Positions 26,737 through 35,049 of a stretch of 38,957 nucleotides of DNA are shown one piece after another. The position numbers were made by a program, and so were the translations under genes. Source of the stretch: a virus (lineage: Duplodnaviria; Caudoviricetes); the IMG/VR virus record IMGVR_UViG_3300037309_000309, positions 1 to 38,957 of that record; one strand, 5' to 3'. The first letter of the stretch is position 1; each line of letters begins with the position of its first letter. Under the pieces are notes generated by a model. That model was not told where the DNA came from. It made no database searches and saw nothing but the letters and a program-made list of their open reading frames with translations.

Positions 26737-27803
26737 GCCGCTTCTCCGAGATCGATCTCGCCGGCTACGCGCTGCCCGACATCCTCGAGGCGCTCGATGT
26801 CGAGGCATATCTGGCGGCCAACAAGACGCGGTTCACCCAGGCCTGGGACGCGATCCGCGAGAGCCGGCCGCCGATCGACACGCTCGCGCTCGAGCACGAG
26901 CCGGTGACCGCCCAGCTGCGCGTCGCGGCCGAACTCGAGCGGATGCTGCGCGGCCATGTCAACGACCGCATCAAGCAGGTGACGCTCGCCGGCGCGCGCG
27001 GGGCGATGCTCGATCATATCGCCATGACCTATTTCGCCGGGCTCACGCGCCGGATCGTGGTGGCGGCGAATGCGACAACCGGCGCGCCGGCGATCCTTGA
27101 GGACGACGAAACCTTCCGCTCCCGCATCGCGCTTTCGCCGGAGAGCTGGTCGACCTGCGGGCCCGAAGGCGCCTATCTCTTCTGGTCGCTGACCGCCTCG
27201 GGCGAAATCCTCGATGTCGCGGCCTATTCGGAGGACGAGGGCGTCTGCCTCGCGCCCCGGATCCGCGTTGTCATCCTGCCGCGCACCGATGCGACAATGC
27301 CGGACGCGAGCCTGCGCGCCGCCGTTCAAACGGTGTTGAACCGCCGTGAAATCCGGCCGATGGGCGATCTGGTTACCGTCGAAAGCGCGATCCCGCTTGC
27401 CTACAATGTCGCGATCACGCTCAAGGTGCGCGCCGGCGCCTCGGCCGAGATCGTGCGCCAGGCGGCGGAGAAGCGCGTGCGGGCCTATTGCGAAGGCCTC
27501 CTGCGCTGGATCGGCGATGATCTTTCCGGCCCGGTCTGGCTGATCGGCCGGCGCATCCTGCGCGACACGATCGCCGGCCGCGCCTATGGCGATGATCCGA
27601 ACATCGTCGAGGTGATCGTCACCGCGCCGGCGGCGGATATCAACGCGCCGGATGCGGGCTATACCGAGGCCGCGCTCGCTGGCGTGGGGACGGAAGGGTT
27701 CGCCCCGCTCGAGCCCGGGATCACCGCGCATCTCTTCCGCGCGCCCCGGCTCGGCACGCTCACGATCACGACCGAGACCGCGACCGGCGGGGTGCTCGGA
27801 TGA
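26733..27803 (+). CDS. Baseplate gpJ
   Basis: LPDILEALD, EDDETFRSRI, STCGPEGAY.F, IRPMGD.V.V. Confidence 0.93.
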   Translation: MSRFSEIDLAGYALPDILEALDVEAYLAANKTRFTQAWDAIRESRPPIDTLALEHEPVTAQLRVAAELERMLRGHVNDRIKQVTLAGARGAMLDHIAMTYFAGLTRRIVVAANATTGAPAILEDDETFRSRIALSPESWSTCGPEGAYLFWSLTASGEILDVAAYSEDEGVCLAPRIRVVILPRTDATMPDASLRAAVQTVLNRREIRPMGDLVTVESAIPLAYNVAITLKVRAGASAEIVRQAAEKRVRAYCEGLLRWIGDDLSGPVWLIGRRILRDTIAGRAYGDDPNIVEVIVTAPAADINAPDAGYTEAALAGVGTEGFAPLEPGITAHLFRAPRLGTLTITTETATGGVLG

Positions 27804-28411
27804 AAGCGCTCGTTCCTGCCAATCACCGGCCGTTCGAACACGCGCTCGCCGAGGTTCTCGCGCCGATCCGCGCGATCGATCCGCGCGCGATCGAGCAGGT
27901 CTGGAACGCCTGGTCCTCGCCGGCGCCGCTCCTGCCGTTCCTGGGCTACGCGCTCTCGGTCGATTTCTGGGACGATGCGTGGGACGAAATCCGCAAGCGC
28001 CAGGCCATTGCCGAGAGTCCGGATTATCACCGCCGCAAGGGCACGCGCGCGGCCGTCGAGGATGCGCTGGCTCTCGCGCGCCGGGACGTTGTGATCGCCG
28101 AGTGGTGGCAGGTCCTCCCCCCGGCGCGGCGCGGCACGTTCCACGTCACGATCCTGCTTGGAGACGACGAGGAAGCGTTGCCCGCGCCCGATATGGCCCT
28201 CGCGCGGCGCCTGGTGAGGCTGGCCAAGCCGAAGAGCCGGGCCTTCACCCTGGCGGCAAGCCATTTCGTGACGGGCGAGGTTTCGGTGCGGGTCGGGATT
28301 GCCGCTGGTGGCGGGCCGATCCTGATGGTCGAGCCGGATCCGATCGAACTGAATTTCACGCCCCGCGTCTGGCTCGCGCCGAGCGCCGGCGTGCCGCTCG
28401 AAGTCCAATGA
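27800..28411 (+). CDS. Tail protein I (P2-like)
   Basis: LLPFLGYALSVDFWD, HRRKGT..AV, EWWQ. Confidence 0.92.
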   Translation: MKALVPANHRPFEHALAEVLAPIRAIDPRAIEQVWNAWSSPAPLLPFLGYALSVDFWDDAWDEIRKRQAIAESPDYHRRKGTRAAVEDALALARRDVVIAEWWQVLPPARRGTFHVTILLGDDEEALPAPDMALARRLVRLAKPKSRAFTLAASHFVTGEVSVRVGIAAGGGPILMVEPDPIELNFTPRVWLAPSAGVPLEVQ

Positions 28412-28421
28412 GGTAAAGCCG

Positions 28422-29600
28422 ATGAGCAAGATCACGATCCTCACCACCGCCGGCAGGAACCTGCTCGCCGGGGCCATCGCCAATGCGCAGGCGATCCCCT
28501 CGGCGAAGATCGTCGTCGGTGACGGGGACGGCGCGACCTACGTGCCGGTTGCGAGCCAGGTGGCGCTCGTCAATCAGGTCTGGACTTCAGACGCGACGGT
28601 GACGGTCACCGAGGACAAGGTTTTTTTTCAAGCGACGATCCCGGTCGAGGATGGCCCGTTCACCGTGCGCGAGGCCGGCGTCCTGCTCGGCGAGGTGGGT
28701 GCCGAGCAGCTCTTCATCGTCTCGCAATACAACGTGACCGAGAAGCTGGCATCGCCGGCGAATGGCGCAGGACCACTCACGGTTACCATCGGGTTCTCGG
28801 CCGCCGCGTCCGAGATCGCCGTGCTGCCGGTTTCGCAAGGCACGAATGCGATGCTCGCCCTCGCCAGCGTGCCGCATATCACGGTCCTGGACCGCGTGAC
28901 GGCCACGCCGGCGGTCCCGGCGGATGGTGATATCTATGCGGTGGCGACCGGCGCGACGGGGATCTTCTCGGGCAAGGGCGGGCAGCTCGCCGAGCGCGTC
29001 GCGGGCGCGTGGCTGTTCAAGCAGCCCCCGGTGCATTCGATCATCCGCCTTGCGTCGGACGGCTCGTGGAAGGAGCGCAGCGGGGCCGATTGGGTCCCCT
29101 ACGCCTTCCCATCCGCCGCGATCGCCTGGAATGACGTCACAGGCAAGCCGGCGAGCTTTCCGCCATCGGCGCACGCGCATGTGATCAGCGATGTCGACAC
29201 GCTCCAGGCGGCGCTCGACGGGAAGGCACCGACAACCCGTTCGCTCTCGACCGATGGCATCATCCGGATCGATGGCGGGTCGCTCGCCAATCTCTCCGCC
29301 AACCGCGCGCTCTCGATCGATCTGAATGCTCTGAGGGCGGCTCTTGGCGTGGGGCGGAAGCTCATCGCCGTCGGCGCTCTCACTGCATATAACCAGAATG
29401 TGGCCTTCGCGGCACCCGAGCCCGACACTGGCTATTCAGGCACGGCCCTGTTCGTCGTTCCGATCAGCGACGGCGGCCAGAACACGATCGGCGCGACTGC
29501 CGATGCGACATCGAAAACCAGCACCGGCTGCGCATTCCAATCCCCGGTCCTCTCCGGCAATCCAGCCAGTTACGGCGGCATCTACATCATCTGGCGCTGA
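28422..29600 (+). CDS. Tail fiber protein
   Basis: N-terminal LTTAG..VGDGDG..GPFTVREAG; DUF2793-like block (GDIYAV..ATG.F.GK.GQLA..W.F); AH.H.ISDV..LQAALDGK. Confidence 0.88.
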   Translation: MSKITILTTAGRNLLAGAIANAQAIPSAKIVVGDGDGATYVPVASQVALVNQVWTSDATVTVTEDKVFFQATIPVEDGPFTVREAGVLLGEVGAEQLFIVSQYNVTEKLASPANGAGPLTVTIGFSAAASEIAVLPVSQGTNAMLALASVPHITVLDRVTATPAVPADGDIYAVATGATGIFSGKGGQLAERVAGAWLFKQPPVHSIIRLASDGSWKERSGADWVPYAFPSAAIAWNDVTGKPASFPPSAHAHVISDVDTLQAALDGKAPTTRSLSTDGIIRIDGGSLANLSANRALSIDLNALRAALGVGRKLIAVGALTAYNQNVAFAAPEPDTGYSGTALFVVPISDGGQNTIGATADATSKTSTGCAFQSPVLSGNPASYGGIYIIWR

Positions 29601-29611
29601 AGGAGACATCC

Positions 29612-30211
29612 ATGAAAGCCATTGTATTTCCGAACGCGGCCGGAGTGATTTCCGAGGCCGGCAAGATCATCGGCCAGCCTGTCGCTGCGAGCGCGGTCAT
29701 TGTCGATATCGCCTCGCTCGACATCGAACCGATGACGGCGGCGCGGCTGCGCGCGGATGGGTCGGTCGAGATCGTCCCGAACCATGTCGGCTCCGGCCCC
29801 TGGTATGACCAGGACGCGAATACCGCCGATCGCCTCACGCCGATCGAGATCACCGAGCTCGGGATCGAGCCGGCGCCGGGCTGGGCCATGACCCCTCGGC
29901 CGGAGACAGCTCAGGAGATAACCGCCCGCGAAGCGGCCGAGGCCACGGCGCGCGCGGCGGCCGAGACCCTGGCTCGCGCCAATGCCGTCGTGACCCGACG
30001 TCAGTTCCGCCTGGCTCTGTTCCAGCTCGATCTCCTCGATGACGTCGAGGCGATCATGGCGGACCCCGCGACCCCGCGCGCGACCGTGATCGACTGGCAG
30101 GACGCCACGGAATTCCACCGATCCTGGCCAGCATGGGAGGCGTTCTTGCCGCTGATGAACAAGACCGAGGCGGACCTTGATCAGGTCTTCGCGCTCGCGA
30201 AGACGCTGTGA
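29612..30211 (+). CDS. Tail fiber assembly-like protein
   Basis: Follows fiber; VTRRQFRLAL..IDWQDATEF.R..LDQVF. Confidence 0.7.
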   Translation: MKAIVFPNAAGVISEAGKIIGQPVAASAVIVDIASLDIEPMTAARLRADGSVEIVPNHVGSGPWYDQDANTADRLTPIEITELGIEPAPGWAMTPRPETAQEITAREAAEATARAAAETLARANAVVTRRQFRLALFQLDLLDDVEAIMADPATPRATVIDWQDATEFHRSWPAWEAFLPLMNKTEADLDQVFALAKTL

Positions 30212-30501
30212 TGGGCGCCGGCGTTCAACAGGGGCTCAGGCGCCTTGGGTCCGGGCTCGCCTGGCATGGCGAGCAGGTGGCGCGCGCGTCTTCCCGCCTC
30301 GTCAACGCCATGCTGGGCGGCGAGGGCGACACCACGTTCTCGGCCTATTCCTGGCACCTCGCCGCCCATGGCCGGCGTCAATCCTCGCGCGCCTTCGGGC
30401 GCATCCGCGTCGTGGTTGTCGATCGCGCCTTCGGTGTCGGCCATTGCGAACAAAGCTGGCGCTGGCATCAGGAGCGCGGCCTTTTCCAGATCGAAAAATA
30501 G
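30208..30501 (+). CDS. Small phage hypothetical protein
   Basis: LVNAMLGG..DTTFSA..GHCEQS. Confidence 0.7.
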   Translation: MMGAGVQQGLRRLGSGLAWHGEQVARASSRLVNAMLGGEGDTTFSAYSWHLAAHGRRQSSRAFGRIRVVVVDRAFGVGHCEQSWRWHQERGLFQIEK

Positions 30502-30510
30502 GAAAATCCC

Positions 30511-30786
30511 ATGGCATCAACTCCCGTTCAAAGTGTCATCGTTCCCGATCTCGCCTGGTCCGACGATGTCGCCCAGGGTACCCAGACGCTCTATATCGAG
30601 GTCTCGACCCATTGGCCGGTGCTCGTCCAGTTCGGCGCCGCAAAGCCGGACGCAGCGGTCACGAATGGCCTCACGATCGAGGGCAAGGGCGCGATCTGGC
30701 TCGGGGCGCCGCATTTCGCGGCCGGAGACAAGGTGTTCCTGCGTTCGCGCCTCGGCGAAGCCAATGTTCAGGTCTCGCGCGGATGA
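30511..30786 (+). CDS. Small beta-rich hypothetical protein
   Basis: AGGA RBS, ATGA overlap with next gene. Confidence 0.7.
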   Translation: MASTPVQSVIVPDLAWSDDVAQGTQTLYIEVSTHWPVLVQFGAAKPDAAVTNGLTIEGKGAIWLGAPHFAAGDKVFLRSRLGEANVQVSRG

Positions 30787-32606
30787 CCCGGCTCCGGCGT
30801 CTCGGCTCGATGGCGATCGGCGTGCAAAGGATCGTGCATGACCACCCTGTTCCGCCCGCATCCGTCGTATCGCCTCCCGCCTCCGGGCCCGCTCTCTCCG
30901 CCCTGACGCTCTCGGCGAACGCGGTTGCCGAAGGCGCCAGCCCCGGCACGCTCATCGGCGCCCTGCTCGGCGCAACGAGCGGCTCGGCGCTCACGCTCGC
31001 GGATGACGCGGGAGGGCGGTTCACACTCTCCGGCGCGAATGTCGTCGCGGGCCTCGTGGCGACGGACTACGAGACCGCCACGAGCCACCAGATCACCGTC
31101 CGGGAGACCTTGGCCGGCGCCACGAACTCGCCGCGCGATACGGCGCTTACGGTCAACGTGCTGTCATCGGGCAATGTGGCAGCGCGCGGCCATATTTCCA
31201 CCGAGGCGCAGACGTTCGCGGCCAGCATCGAGGCCGCATTCGCGGCGAACACATGGGCCGGCACGGATGGGGTCACGGTATGGGATACGGATCAGGTCGC
31301 CACATCGGCGCAGGACTTCAACAACAAGGCCGCCGCTCTTGTGACGGGCGCGGGGCAGAAGCACCGCCTCAGGCTCGCGTCAAGCGGCGATTGGACGACG
31401 ACGACGCTGAACGCTATGTCCGTCCGGGGCAAGGATTTCCTGACCGGCAACGGCTGCCTCAGGGTCGAGCCGGAGACCGGAGAAGGGCCGCTTATCACCA
31501 TCATCGTGAGGTGCGAGGGGGCTCGCGGGGTCCATTTCCACAACATCACTTGCGGACAAGGCATTCAGATTGACCGGACATCGGGCCGACCCCTCTGGAG
31601 CGTGGTGCGGGTATCCGGTTGCCGGATCGGCCATTATTACCGAGGGTTGAGTGTACTCGCGAACTACACGTTCGGGATATCCGCATCGCATGTTGAGGAT
31701 GTGGCGTTCGTCGGCAATTCGATCAGGGGGGTATCAACGGCGATGCGCTCGCTCGGGGTCCGGTGGTGCCGGGTCTTCGGCAATGACATCCAGGATCGGT
31801 CGAATGATTGCTTCAGCCGAAACTCCGCAACCAGCCTGATTGCAAGCTCGAGCCTTACAACACAATGGCCGGGATCGCCGGTTTATTCGTGGTACCGGCT
31901 CAACACGGACCGGAACACGGCTGACGATCCGGCCCTAGTGGCGGTCCATTTCGACACCAACCAGACCGGCAACGCCACGGATGCCGCAGACTATCACTAC
32001 CTGGACGAGTTCAATGTTTCCTACAGCGAGCTTGTGAACACGGGACTCAATACGGCCCAGGGCCATTATCAGGACGACACACCCCGCCGGATCACCGGGG
32101 TGACCCATTCGAATTTGATCGGCATGGGCGCCTACCACGCCATTCTGGCATTCGGAGGCTCTTCCGGGGCCTCCGAGCACTGGCTGGAGCACAACACCTG
32201 CTATCGAGTGGCGGGGTTGCCCTTCAACGCGGAGAGCGTCCCGGACAACGAGCCCCGCATCCAAACCGAGAGTTTCGCGCCGGGCACCGTGCTCACGCAC
32301 GCGAGGAACAACATCGCGGCGGCTTTTAGTGTCGGGCCGGGGGGCGGGAAGGTGGCCGGCACCTTTGATCTAAGCGGGAACGTTATCGCATCACCGCAGA
32401 TCGGCAAGGCCGCTCCGGAGCGCTACGAGGATGTGTTCGTAGGCTCATTCACAACGGACCCGCAGGGCCGGACGACCTACGCATTCACGGACGATGGTGC
32501 GGGATCGCAAGCCGCGTTCCGGGCGGTCATTCACGCGATCTTCGCCCCCAAGGGCGCGGCGCTGGGCAAAGGTGCGCCAGACCCGGCTCTGTGGCCGGCG
32601 ACGTGA
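30783..32606 (+). CDS. Putative tailspike: cadherin-like domain + parallel beta-helix
   Basis: LSANAVAE..G..IG.L..DYETATSHQITVR; repeated Asn-ladder strands (FHNI, FVGN, VFGN, HSNL, EHNT, RNNI). Confidence 0.65.
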   Translation: MTRLRRLGSMAIGVQRIVHDHPVPPASVVSPPASGPALSALTLSANAVAEGASPGTLIGALLGATSGSALTLADDAGGRFTLSGANVVAGLVATDYETATSHQITVRETLAGATNSPRDTALTVNVLSSGNVAARGHISTEAQTFAASIEAAFAANTWAGTDGVTVWDTDQVATSAQDFNNKAAALVTGAGQKHRLRLASSGDWTTTTLNAMSVRGKDFLTGNGCLRVEPETGEGPLITIIVRCEGARGVHFHNITCGQGIQIDRTSGRPLWSVVRVSGCRIGHYYRGLSVLANYTFGISASHVEDVAFVGNSIRGVSTAMRSLGVRWCRVFGNDIQDRSNDCFSRNSATSLIASSSLTTQWPGSPVYSWYRLNTDRNTADDPALVAVHFDTNQTGNATDAADYHYLDEFNVSYSELVNTGLNTAQGHYQDDTPRRITGVTHSNLIGMGAYHAILAFGGSSGASEHWLEHNTCYRVAGLPFNAESVPDNEPRIQTESFAPGTVLTHARNNIAAAFSVGPGGGKVAGTFDLSGNVIASPQIGKAAPERYEDVFVGSFTTDPQGRTTYAFTDDGAGSQAAFRAVIHAIFAPKGAALGKGAPDPALWPAT

Positions 32607-32630
32607 CGGCGCGCATCGGCGGGGTGGCAA

Positions 32631-32683
32631 AAAGGGCTGCGACGCGCGTCGCAGCCCTTTGCATGTCTGATCGCACCTAGCTT
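32631..32683 (+). promoter_or_regulatory. Putative late promoter 3 (sheath/tube operon)
   Basis: 30-bp perfect palindrome AAAGGGCTGCGACGCGCGTCGCAGCCCTTT containing copy 3. Confidence 0.75.
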
Positions 32684-32736
32684 CTCCGCATCGAGACCGC
32701 GCGTCAAGCGCGAACCGGACCCGGAGAGCGAAGGCC

Positions 32737-33984
32737 ATGCCCGCCATCGAATTCAACCACGGCACCCGCGTCATCGAGGCCGGGCAGACCCCGCGCCCGA
32801 TCGCGCTCGCGAACATGCGGCCGATCGGCGCCATCATGGTCGCGCCGAACGCCGACCCCGCGCTCTTCCCGCTCAATACGCCAGTCGGCTTCTTCTCGAA
32901 CGACACCGCGATGAAGACTGCCGCCGGTACGGGCGGGAACGTGGCGGACATCTTCGACGCGATCGAGGATCAGGGCGTCGTCTGCGAGCTCGTGGTGGTG
33001 CGCGTTGCTCAGGGCGCGGGCGCGGATGCGCCGACGATCCTCACGAACACGCTCACCAACATCGTGGGTTCCTCGACCTCGATGACCGGCGTCCATGCCT
33101 TCAAGGGCGCGGAGAGCTTCATCGGCGTCAAGCCGCGCCTGCTCATCGCGCCGGGCTATACCGACATGCGCGTCGCCGGCGCGGCGAACCCGGTCGTAAC
33201 CGAATTCAAGGGCGTCGCCGATCGGCTCAAGGGCATGATCATCGCGGATTGCGATGCCTCCTCGCGCGATGCCGCCAACACCTGGCGGAACGATTTCCCG
33301 GCCGAGAAGCGGATCTATGCCGTCACCCCGATGGGCAAGGTCTTCGAGGGTGGCGCCTTTGTGAACCGCCCGCTGTCCGGCCGGGTGGCGGCGCTGTTCA
33401 ACAAGAAATGGAAGGAGCGCGGCGGGCCGTATTTCTCGCCCTCGAACCAGACCATCGGCGGGATCGGCGGCACCTCGCGGCCCATCGTCTATTACGATGG
33501 CGAGCTCGACCACGAGGCGAACTGGCTCAACGAGCGCTCGATTACCACGGTCATCCAGCAGAACCTGCTCTGGGGCAATCGCACGCTCGGCTACAACGCC
33601 TCGGCCGGCACGGGCGATGCGAACCACATGTTCGTCAATGTGGTGATCACCATGGACGCGATCCACGAGAGCATCGTGAAAGCGTTCCGCTGGGCGATGG
33701 ACCAGAACATGAGCGCGCATCTTGGCGTCGCGATCATCGAGAGCGTCGAGACCTTCCTCGCTTCGCTCCGCGCGGTGGGTGCGATCATCGGCGGGCGCGC
33801 CTGGTTTGACAAGGCGCTCAATTCCTACGCCGATCTGCAATCGGGAATCCTGCGCGTCGAGTTCGACGCCGAGCCGGCCGCGCCGCTCGAGAACCTGGTC
33901 TTCGGCTCGCACCGCAACCCGTTCTATTACGAGGTGCTGGCCCAGGACATCCTCAAGCTCCTCGAGCGCAACTCGAACGCCTGA
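32737..33984 (+). CDS. Tail sheath protein (FI-like)
   Basis: FNHG, FPLNTPV, KPRLLIAPG, SPSN, LWGNRT, PAAPLENL. Confidence 0.95.
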   Translation: MPAIEFNHGTRVIEAGQTPRPIALANMRPIGAIMVAPNADPALFPLNTPVGFFSNDTAMKTAAGTGGNVADIFDAIEDQGVVCELVVVRVAQGAGADAPTILTNTLTNIVGSSTSMTGVHAFKGAESFIGVKPRLLIAPGYTDMRVAGAANPVVTEFKGVADRLKGMIIADCDASSRDAANTWRNDFPAEKRIYAVTPMGKVFEGGAFVNRPLSGRVAALFNKKWKERGGPYFSPSNQTIGGIGGTSRPIVYYDGELDHEANWLNERSITTVIQQNLLWGNRTLGYNASAGTGDANHMFVNVVITMDAIHESIVKAFRWAMDQNMSAHLGVAIIESVETFLASLRAVGAIIGGRAWFDKALNSYADLQSGILRVEFDAEPAAPLENLVFGSHRNPFYYEVLAQDILKLLERNSNA

Positions 33985-34010
33985 TCCCCGCCCCCTGAAG
34001 GAGCCGTGCC

Positions 34011-34514
34011 ATGGCCGATCTCTACACCTATGAGGGGTTCAACCTCTTCGCCCAGAACGTCAACAAGAGCCTCCAGCTCAAGACCCTGATGACGGGCAAG
34101 CTCACCGAGAAGACCGAGACGTTTCATCCCGGCTTCTCCTCGATGGCGATCGAGCTTGGCATGGGGCTCGAACCGCTGATGTTCGAGTTCGAGACCGTGG
34201 GCGAGGATATCGAGACGCTCCGCCTCTTCGGCTACGGCGCCGGCACGGTGCAGAGCTTTACCGCCTACAAGGCGAGCCGGGCGCGCTACGAAGGCGGGGC
34301 CGTGCGCCAGACGATCATCAACGTGCGCGGCCGGATCATCGGCGCCGAGGAAGACACGATGGAGGGCGGCAAGCTGATTGGGACCAAGTTCAAGGTCTCC
34401 GAAATCCAGGCCTACCGCCATATCCACGAGGGTGCGCTCGTCCACGAATTCGACATCCGTCGCGGCGGCAACGTGCTCACGCGCGGCGATCTCAACGCGG
34501 CGCTCGGCAATTGA
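34011..34514 (+). CDS. Tail tube protein (FII-like)
   Basis: Follows sheath; FNLF..IELGMGLEPL; size fits. Confidence 0.85.
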   Translation: MADLYTYEGFNLFAQNVNKSLQLKTLMTGKLTEKTETFHPGFSSMAIELGMGLEPLMFEFETVGEDIETLRLFGYGAGTVQSFTAYKASRARYEGGAVRQTIINVRGRIIGAEEDTMEGGKLIGTKFKVSEIQAYRHIHEGALVHEFDIRRGGNVLTRGDLNAALGN

Positions 34515-34516
34515 CC

Positions 34517-34933
34517 ATGGCCGATTGGGATCGCGAATTCCCCGCGCCGGAGGCCGAGGGCCAGGGCGCGGTTCGGCCGGCACGGCGGATACGCTTCGCC
34601 GATCCGGAGCGGCACGAGACAAGCCTCGTGCTCGAACATCCGCTCGATATCGAGAGCGAACGGCTCGACCGGCTCACGATCCGCCGGATCACGGCGGCCG
34701 AGATGCTCACGATCGTCGAGAGCCCCGAGGCGCCTTCGGATGATGCGGAGCTCACCCGCGCCGTGGTCGCGGCGATGGCCGGCATCGACCGCGACGTGCT
34801 CGACGCGCTTTCCCCGGATGATGCTGGGAGGGTGGCGGCGGCCGCGCTCCCTTTCATGCCGGCCGGCCTCGTCGCCGCGCTCGAGCGCGCGGGCGAGGCA
34901 ATGACGGCCGAAAACCCGGTCGCGCCGGGCTGA
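34517..34933 (+). CDS. Tail assembly chaperone (gpE-like)
   Basis: LEHPL..LTIRR..LDAL..DD; between tube and tape measure. Confidence 0.85.
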   Translation: MADWDREFPAPEAEGQGAVRPARRIRFADPERHETSLVLEHPLDIESERLDRLTIRRITAAEMLTIVESPEAPSDDAELTRAVVAAMAGIDRDVLDALSPDDAGRVAAAALPFMPAGLVAALERAGEAMTAENPVAPG

Positions 34934-35049
34934 GGCACGCCCGCGCCTACGTGGCGGCCGTCGCCGCGACCTTCGCGACCCCGCTGCCCGCCGTGCTCGC
35001 CATGTGGTGGGACGAGGTTCTCGCCTGGAATGAGGAGGCGTCTTCGTGA
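34912..35049 (+). CDS. -1 frame extension of tail chaperone (E+E')
   Basis: A_AAC_CCG slippery candidate; -1 frame reads ...FATPLPAVLAMWWDEVLAWNEEASS*, overlapping the TMP GTG. Confidence 0.75.
   Translation, partial: KPGRAGLRHARAYVAAVAATFATPLPAVLAMWWDEVLAWNEEASS

Noticed and set aside
30177-30782. N-terminal 202 aa of the listed 809-aa ORF
   Set aside because: Overlaps two better ORFs; the ATGA-coupled start at 30783 is preferred
28422-32606. Invertible G segment or diversity-generating retroelement
   Set aside because: No invertase, reverse transcriptase, flanking inverted repeats or TR/VR pair seen by eye
13091-32660. Palindromes as CRISPR repeats, REP elements or plain terminators
   Set aside because: Three isolated copies kilobases apart, each at an operon start with a fixed-distance -10-like hexamer; copy 3 may additionally terminate
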